A program made the translations under genes and the position numbers. Shown piece after piece: positions 58,677-64,000 of a DNA stretch of 64,000 nt. The notes below the pieces were generated by a model, which saw only the letters and a program-made list of their open reading frames with translations, had not been told where the DNA came from and did no database searches. Origin of the DNA: Rhodospirillaceae bacterium (lineage in GTDB: Bacteria; Pseudomonadota; Alphaproteobacteria; Rhodospirillales; Rhodospirillaceae); NCBI GenBank assembly GCA_947476925.1, contig CANJSF010000001.1, positions 145,470-209,469 on the forward strand. The letters run 5' to 3'. Positions within the stretch are counted from its first letter, which is position 1. Each line of letters begins with the position of its first letter.

Positions 58677-59681
58677 ATGGCCCCTACTCCGATTCCAAAC
58701 CTCATGAGCGCGATTGAGATTAAAGCTCCGGGCGGGCCGGAGCAGTTAGTTCCGGCGCAGCGGCCTGTGCCAATTCCAAAACCGAACGAAGTGCTGATCC
58801 GCGTTCATGCTGCCGGGGTGAACCGCCCCGATGTTGTTCAGCGCTTGGGCCAATACCCCGCCCCACCTGGCGCCTCGGATTTGCCCGGGTTGGAAGTTGC
58901 TGGAACAATCGCAATCGTTGGCAGCAACGTGACCGGACTTGCGCTCGGCGACAAAGTTTGCGCGCTGTTGGCCGGTGGTGGCTACGCGGAGTATGCCGTC
59001 GCCGATGCAGGTTCGTGCTTGCCGATACCTGATGGATTTTCGTTCGTCGAAGCCGCTGCTGTCCCTGAAACCTTCATGACCGTCTGGCACAATGTTTTTG
59101 AGCGTGGCGGTCTGAAACCAGGCGAAGTTTTTTTAGTGCATGGTGGAACCAGCGGCATTGGCACAGCAGCTATTCAAATAGCCAAGCTTAAAGGGGCCAC
59201 AGTCGTTGCCACAGCCGGGAGCGATGAAAAATGCGACGCCTGCACCAAACTTGGGGCCGACACAGTCATCAACTATCGCACCCAAGATTTTGTCGACGTT
59301 GCGCGGAACCTTCCCAGCAAAGGGGTGGATGTCATCCTCGACATGGTGGGCGGTGATTACTTTGGGCGGAATCTCAAATGCCTGAAACCTGATGGACGGC
59401 TGGTGATCATCGCGTTTTTAAACGGCGCCAAAACCGAGGTCGACCTTGCGGCAATCATGATGAAGCGCCTGGTGGTCACCGGCTCGACCCTTCGCGCACG
59501 CGACCTAAATTTTAAGGCGGGTTTGGCGAAAGCGATCAAACGCGAGCTTTGGCCTGCTTTTACCGCCCGCCAAATGCCCCCCCTCATCCACACGACATTA
59601 TCCCTGGCTGAGGCCGCCACAGCTCACCGGCTGATGGAAAGCAGCGCGCATATCGGCAAAATTGTCCTAAAAATCGAATAA
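58677..59681 (+). CDS. qor: NAD(P)H:quinone oxidoreductase (zeta-crystallin/PIG3 type, MDR superfamily)
   Basis: VLIRVHAAGVNRPD, GGYAEY, VHGGTSGIGTAAIQ Rossmann motif, GKIVL C-terminus. ATG 58677 follows AGGA. Confidence 0.9.
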   Translation: MAPTPIPNLMSAIEIKAPGGPEQLVPAQRPVPIPKPNEVLIRVHAAGVNRPDVVQRLGQYPAPPGASDLPGLEVAGTIAIVGSNVTGLALGDKVCALLAGGGYAEYAVADAGSCLPIPDGFSFVEAAAVPETFMTVWHNVFERGGLKPGEVFLVHGGTSGIGTAAIQIAKLKGATVVATAGSDEKCDACTKLGADTVINYRTQDFVDVARNLPSKGVDVILDMVGGDYFGRNLKCLKPDGRLVIIAFLNGAKTEVDLAAIMMKRLVVTGSTLRARDLNFKAGLAKAIKRELWPAFTARQMPPLIHTTLSLAEAATAHRLMESSAHIGKIVLKIE

Positions 59682-59844
59682 TATCAGATATTTGACGAAT
59701 GGTTTGACCCAGCCCGAATAAACCCGATATATACGACCTAACTCCTGTCATCCGGGTCTTGATTAAGCTAGCGACACGCCCGACTACGGCGCCCTACGCG
59801 TTGGTCAAGCCCATGACGCCTCGTTGACCCGAAAGGATTCTGCC

Positions 59845-60495
59845 ATGGTGCTTCCATTGATGCCCAAGGCGACGGCTGTTTGGCTGGTTGAAAACACCGC
59901 CCTGACGTTCGACCAAATTGCCGATTACACCGGCATGCATGAACTTGAAGTCCAAGCCATCGCCGACGGCGAAGTTGCAGTGGGCATTGTTGGCGTTAAT
60001 CCAACGACTAGCGGTCAATTGACGGTCGAGGAAATTGCGCGTTGCGAAGCCGACCCGTCGCTGCGTTTGAAAATGACCAAGACCGACATTCCGCTGCCCA
60101 AGGCACGTTCAAAGGGTGCGCGTTATACCCCGGTCTCGAAACGTCAAGATCGCCCAGACGCCATCAATTGGATTTTGAAGCATCATAACGAACTGACCGA
60201 CGCGCAAATTTCGCGCCTGCTCGGCACAACCAAAGCGACGATTGCCAGCGTGCGTGATCGCACGCACTGGAACGCGACCAACATTAAGCCGCAAAACCCA
60301 GTGACATTAGGCTTGTGCAGCGAAGCAGATTTGGAAAAAGCGGTGGTTTTAGCCCAACGTCGCGTGTCGAATGCGATCAAAGCCGAAGAACGCAAAAAGC
60401 GTCGCGAAGCGCGCGAGGCCTTGGCCGCACAACAAGCCGTGGATGGAAATTCAGCATCAAGTGATGCTGCTCCCGACTCAGCTCCCAGCGCCTGA
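59845..60495 (+). CDS. DUF1013 domain protein (alphaproteobacterial conserved, TrcR-like)
   Basis: MVLPLMPKATAVWLVENTALTFDQIADYTGMHELEVQAIADGEVA is the highly conserved DUF1013 N-terminus. ATG 59845 follows AAGGA. Confidence 0.8.
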   Translation: MVLPLMPKATAVWLVENTALTFDQIADYTGMHELEVQAIADGEVAVGIVGVNPTTSGQLTVEEIARCEADPSLRLKMTKTDIPLPKARSKGARYTPVSKRQDRPDAINWILKHHNELTDAQISRLLGTTKATIASVRDRTHWNATNIKPQNPVTLGLCSEADLEKAVVLAQRRVSNAIKAEERKKRREAREALAAQQAVDGNSASSDAAPDSAPSA

Positions 60496-60501
60496 TCGAC
60501 T

Positions 60502-60531
60502 AAAAAAACGCCCACCTTTTCAGGTGGGCGT
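60502..60531 (-). terminator. Rho-independent terminator (minus-strand orientation) downstream of the 55-aa DUF465 gene
   Basis: acgcccacc-ttttca-ggtgggcgt gives a 9-bp stem, and the minus strand then reads TTTTTTT. It may also stop the plus-strand DUF1013 transcript. Confidence 0.7.
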
Positions 60532-60628
60532 GCAGAGACTTTGGGATCCGACCCCTGTTTCATCGGCCCGCGCATCAGGTATGAGCGTGCGGGCAAGATG
60601 AACGTCTGACGGGACGATGGGGGGGAGG

Positions 60629-60796
60629 TTAGTGAACCGCCATCTTTTGCAGTTCATCTTTTATTTTGAGCTTTTTCCGCTTGAGATCGTGAACGCGTGT
60701 TTCGTCGGGGTGAGGTCGTCTTGCTTCGTCATTGATTTGAGATTCGAGTGCGGCGTGCTTTGCCTTTAAAGACTGAGTTCTCACGTCTTCCATCAT
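60629..60796 (-). CDS. DUF465 (YdcH-like) small protein, 55 aa
   Basis: Below the ORF-track cut-off. My translation is MMEDVRTQSLKAKHAALESQINDEARRPHPDETRVHDLKRKKLKIKDELQKMAVH. The KH..L...I..E..RP.PD......LK..KL..KDE pattern matches DUF465, and GGAGAG precedes the ATG. Confidence 0.75.
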   Translation of the reverse strand: MMEDVRTQSLKAKHAALESQINDEARRPHPDETRVHDLKRKKLKIKDELQKMAVH

Positions 60797-61076
60797 TCGC
60801 TCTCCCTTTGACTGAGTAGCCCCTCATCATAGCCTTTTCGACGAGATCACGGGAGAGCGTGCCTAAGCTATTGACGAAAACAGGTTTTGCACCGCAATAA
60901 AGTTGCGCGGGCCATACGCCAAAACTTGGGTCGGCCATATATCGTGCGGAGTCGCGTGGTATTTGCCCCTAAATCGGGCTTTTTTCGGTGCGTCGACTTC
61001 CCCACCGACGCTGTATAAGGTTTTGCAACGCCATTTAAGCTGGCAGACGATTCAGGGACGCTGAGATTTTCGCCAC

Positions 61077-61280
61077 ATGCAAGGAACGCAAGAACAACTC
61101 AAAGAGAAGTTGGCCCAACTTGAACTGGAGCACCGCGACCTTGATGAAGTGATTCAGACTTTGATGGCGCAGGCAGATTTTGATCAAATCAAACTGTCGC
61201 GTTTAAAAAAGCGCAAGCTGTCGCTGAAAGATCAAATCGCATCGCTGCGTAATCAGATGATCCCCAATATTATCGCCTGA
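61077..61280 (+). CDS. DUF465 (YdcH-like) small protein, 67 aa
   Basis: LELEHRDLDEVIQTL...DQIKLSRLKKRKLSLKDQI matches the DUF465 pattern. Confidence 0.7.
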   Translation: MQGTQEQLKEKLAQLELEHRDLDEVIQTLMAQADFDQIKLSRLKKRKLSLKDQIASLRNQMIPNIIA

Positions 61281-61285
61281 CCGGG

Positions 61286-62098
61286 CTATACGTTGCCGCC
61301 GCGCAGCAAATGATCGGCACGTGCCATGGCTGTCAGCGCACCTTCGTTTGTGCTCAGCACAATAGCGGACACCGACAACACAACCGACATATCAATGCCG
61401 CCGACATTGAAACCCGATTCAAGACAATGATCGCGAACCGTGCGCGAGATGTGCGTCTCGTCAATTGGGCCCGCGGGCAGTTCGGCCAAACCCACCAGCG
61501 ACGAACCGCCGGCAAAGCCAAGGATGCGAAACTTAAACTGGCCCGGACCATGAGCGACGGGTTGGCCAATTCCAGGCTGGAGATGAGGTGACGGCGCAAA
61601 TTCAGCGCGGCTCATGCGTTGGGCAAGATCGGCAAGCAATGTATTGGCGGCCAGCAAACCCGAACTGCGGCGCACATCTTCAAACGTGCTGAGGTAGGCC
61701 ATCACCAAAACCCGCGCCACATCGGTGCTGTTGGGTTCGGATATAATTTGCGAGAGGCGACCAATCAGCTGCTCGGCCGCAATAACCTCACCGTCAGCGG
61801 TTGCCGTTAAATCTCGTTTTGCGGCGTTGGCGCTTTCTAGGCGACGGACGGTCGCACGCATAAAGTTCACTTCGGCGACAAGGCTGGCCAAGGCGGCTTG
61901 GGTGGCGGGTGTAATTTGCTCGGCCGGAATGCCAAGAATAGTGATCCGATCGTCGACCGGTTTGTTCTTGTTGGTCACGCCGTAGGCTGCCGCCACCTTC
62001 TTCGGCGGCGGGCCATCGTCGCGGGCCTTGCCTTGGCTGCGACCTTCGTCGCGTGTTTTAATCAAACCAACGCTGGCTGGTTGCTGAATATCGTTCAT
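61286..62098 (-). CDS. Hypothetical protein with a degenerate GGDEF-like C-terminal domain
   Basis: 270 aa. VLVMAYLSTFEDVRRSSGLLAANTLLADLAQRM ... RILGFAGGSSLVGL ... LSVSAIVL...ALTAMARADHLL follows the GGDEF-domain scaffold, but GGSSL replaces GG(D/E)EF and the metal-site Asp residues are missing. Confidence 0.5.
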   Translation of the reverse strand: MNDIQQPASVGLIKTRDEGRSQGKARDDGPPPKKVAAAYGVTNKNKPVDDRITILGIPAEQITPATQAALASLVAEVNFMRATVRRLESANAAKRDLTATADGEVIAAEQLIGRLSQIISEPNSTDVARVLVMAYLSTFEDVRRSSGLLAANTLLADLAQRMSRAEFAPSPHLQPGIGQPVAHGPGQFKFRILGFAGGSSLVGLAELPAGPIDETHISRTVRDHCLESGFNVGGIDMSVVLSVSAIVLSTNEGALTAMARADHLLRGGNV

Positions 62099-62295
62099 GA
62101 CTTACGCCTTGCGCGAGACTGCACGCTCGCCCGCCATTGAGAGTCGAAACAATCTATCGCAGCATCTCCGGTATTGGTTACTAACTGATAAAGAGCGCGG
62201 TTTGCTTGGCCTGAGGGGATCATTTTGTTGCGGCGGCCAAGGACTTACGGATAGATTGCGCGCTCAATCGCCGCCGCCACAAAGGGCGCCACAGC

Positions 62296-62799
62296 ATGGC
62301 CAAGCCGACGAGCACCAAAGCCGCCCCGACCATCGGCATTATCATGGGAAGCCAGTCCGACTGGGACACCATGAAACACGCTGCCGACATTCTGAAAGAC
62401 CTCAAAGTCACGTTTGAGGCCAAAGTCGTCTCGGCCCACCGCACGCCCGACCGCCTTTATAAGTACGCCACCTCGGCTGCCGGCCGGGGGCTGAAGGTGA
62501 TTATCGCCGGCGCCGGCGGTGCAGCCCACCTGCCCGGCATGACGGCATCCATGACCGCGCTTCCGGTTTTGGGCGTGCCGGTGGAAAGCAAAACGTTGAA
62601 GGGGCTGGATAGTCTGTTGTCGATTGTCCAAATGCCCGGCGGCATTCCGGTGGGAACGCTGGCCATTGGCAACGCCGGTGCCAAAAACGCCGGGCTGTTG
62701 GCGGCGTCGATCATTGCGCTGTCGGACCCCGCTTTGGCCAAACGGTTGGCCGCATGGCGCGCCAAGCAAACCGCATCCGTGCCCGACTCTCCGGCCTAG
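62296..62799 (+). CDS. purE: 5-(carboxyamino)imidazole ribonucleotide mutase
   Basis: [32 protein letters not shown] motifs. Confidence 0.96.
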   Translation: MAKPTSTKAAPTIGIIMGSQSDWDTMKHAADILKDLKVTFEAKVVSAHRTPDRLYKYATSAAGRGLKVIIAGAGGAAHLPGMTASMTALPVLGVPVESKTLKGLDSLLSIVQMPGGIPVGTLAIGNAGAKNAGLLAASIIALSDPALAKRLAAWRAKQTASVPDSPA

Positions 62800-63924
62800 T
62801 TGCACGTCATGGCGGCCTCTAAACCTTTAGCGCCTGGCGCAACGATTGGGATTCTGGGTGGCGGACAGTTGGGCCGCATGCTCGCCTTGGCCGCCGCGCA
62901 GTTTGGTTATCGCACGCACATCTTTTGCCCCGAGGCCGCCAACCCCGCGTCGCTTGTAGCCACCGAAGCCACATTCGCCGACTACACCGATGAAAAGGCC
63001 CTGGCCGCATTTGCTGCGGCGGTCGACGTGGTGACCTACGAGTTCGAGAACGTGCCTGCGGCCACGGCGCTGTTCCTTGAGAAGCACAAAGTGGTGCGGC
63101 CCTCGTGGCGCGCTTTGGAAATCGCCCAAGACCGCGCCAAAGAGAAGACCTTCTTTGCCGAGATCGGCGTGGCCACACCGCCGTGGCGCGCCGTCAACAC
63201 CGAAGCCGAGTTGCGCGCAGCCGTGGCCGACATCGGTTGCCCGGCTGTGCTGAAGACCGCACGCCTCGGCTACGACGGCAAAGGCCAAGCCAAGATCAAG
63301 TCGCCCGATGACATCGCGGCCGCATGGGCTTCGATTGGCGGAGCCAAAGCCAAGACGCACATTGATGGTGGTGCGTTCGCGGTGCTGGAAGGCTTTGTCG
63401 ACTTTGCGTGTGAGGTCTCGGTCATCGTGGCGCGCGGCGTTGACGGCGCGGTGCAAGCCTTCGACCCCACCGAGAACGTTCACACCAACCACATCCTCGA
63501 CACCTCAACCGTGCCCGCGCGCATCAAGCCCGGAACATTGCTCAAAGCCATTACGGCGACAGGCTTGGCGGCCACGCGGCTTGACCTGGTGGGCCTGCTG
63601 GCCGTGGAGTACTTCGTCACCAGGGCCGGTGACATCATGGCCAACGAGATGGCCCCTCGCCCGCACAACTCGGGCCACTGGACGATGGACGCCTGCCAAA
63701 CCGATCAGTTCCAGCAAATGGTGCGCGCGGTGTGCGGCCTGCCGCTGGTGGACCCGGCGCGCTTTGCCAACGTGACGATGAAGAACCTGATTGGCGATGA
63801 CGTGAACGACCTGGCCGCCGACATGGCCAACGCCAATTCTCATGTTCACCTGTATGGCAAGGCCGAGGCACGCGCAGGCCGCAAGATGGGCCACATCAAC
63901 CGCCTGAGCTGGCCCAAGACTTAA
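62800..63924 (+). CDS. purK: 5-(carboxyamino)imidazole ribonucleotide synthase
   Basis: ATP-grasp enzyme (IGILGGGQLGRM, YDGKGQ, NEMAPRPHNSGH) directly after purE. The start is TTG 62800 or ATG 62809. Confidence 0.95.
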   Translation: MHVMAASKPLAPGATIGILGGGQLGRMLALAAAQFGYRTHIFCPEAANPASLVATEATFADYTDEKALAAFAAAVDVVTYEFENVPAATALFLEKHKVVRPSWRALEIAQDRAKEKTFFAEIGVATPPWRAVNTEAELRAAVADIGCPAVLKTARLGYDGKGQAKIKSPDDIAAAWASIGGAKAKTHIDGGAFAVLEGFVDFACEVSVIVARGVDGAVQAFDPTENVHTNHILDTSTVPARIKPGTLLKAITATGLAATRLDLVGLLAVEYFVTRAGDIMANEMAPRPHNSGHWTMDACQTDQFQQMVRAVCGLPLVDPARFANVTMKNLIGDDVNDLAADMANANSHVHLYGKAEARAGRKMGHINRLSWPKT

Positions 63925-64000
63925 AGCGCCGCATTCTGCGTCGCAGCGACCAGTTCTACCAGTTAAGAGTGGCTTTTTACTGGCTGACCCCGCCGCAATG

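Noticed and set aside
60729-60938. 69-aa minus-strand ORF in the DUF465 spacer
   Set aside because: It overlaps the 5' end of the well-supported 55-aa DUF465 gene in another frame. It has no SD and no recognisable features.

Overview
The window reads as a core chromosomal segment of an alphaproteobacterium-like genome. That call is inferred from gene order and from several small conserved families (DUF1013, DUF1192, DUF465, DUF4164-like). About 1-44.9 kb is almost entirely minus-strand housekeeping: nuoCBA, tRNA-Val, hupB, lon-clpX-clpP-tig, tRNA-Leu, nnr, purA-hisZ-serA-serC, thiD-glmM-folP-ftsH-tilS, the full tol-pal cluster (cpoB-pal-tolB-tolA-tolR-tolQ-ybgC), ruvBAC, yebC, ymdB and a 5-formyl-THF cyclo-ligase / candidate 6S RNA / zapA block. 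A more accessory patch at 10.5-17.5 kb holds a DadA-like oxidase, three unassigned genes, an MFS transporter, a racemase, a Tat-signal aminotransferase and a JAMM protein. From 45 kb the genes are mostly plus-strand: fba, thiE, epmA/efp, suhB, rpmE, qor, purEK. I saw no transposase, integrase, prophage gene or CRISPR array. The best candidates for undescribed biology are: (1) an orphan MotAB/TolQR/ZorAB-like stator pair with coiled-coil extensions and a Pro/Ala-rich OmpA-like neighbour (50.2-53.7 kb); (2) two tandem paralogous membrane-anchored class III cyclase proteins, the upstream one with a dead active site (54.3-58.4 kb); (3) a membrane-anchored predicted pseudokinase coupled to a 4-TM protein (18.6-21.3 kb). 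Smaller items are the candidate 6S RNA, a thiE without a canonical start codon, a degenerate GGDEF-like protein and a 55-aa DUF465 gene missing from the ORF track. All product calls come from reading the translations by eye; no database search was run.
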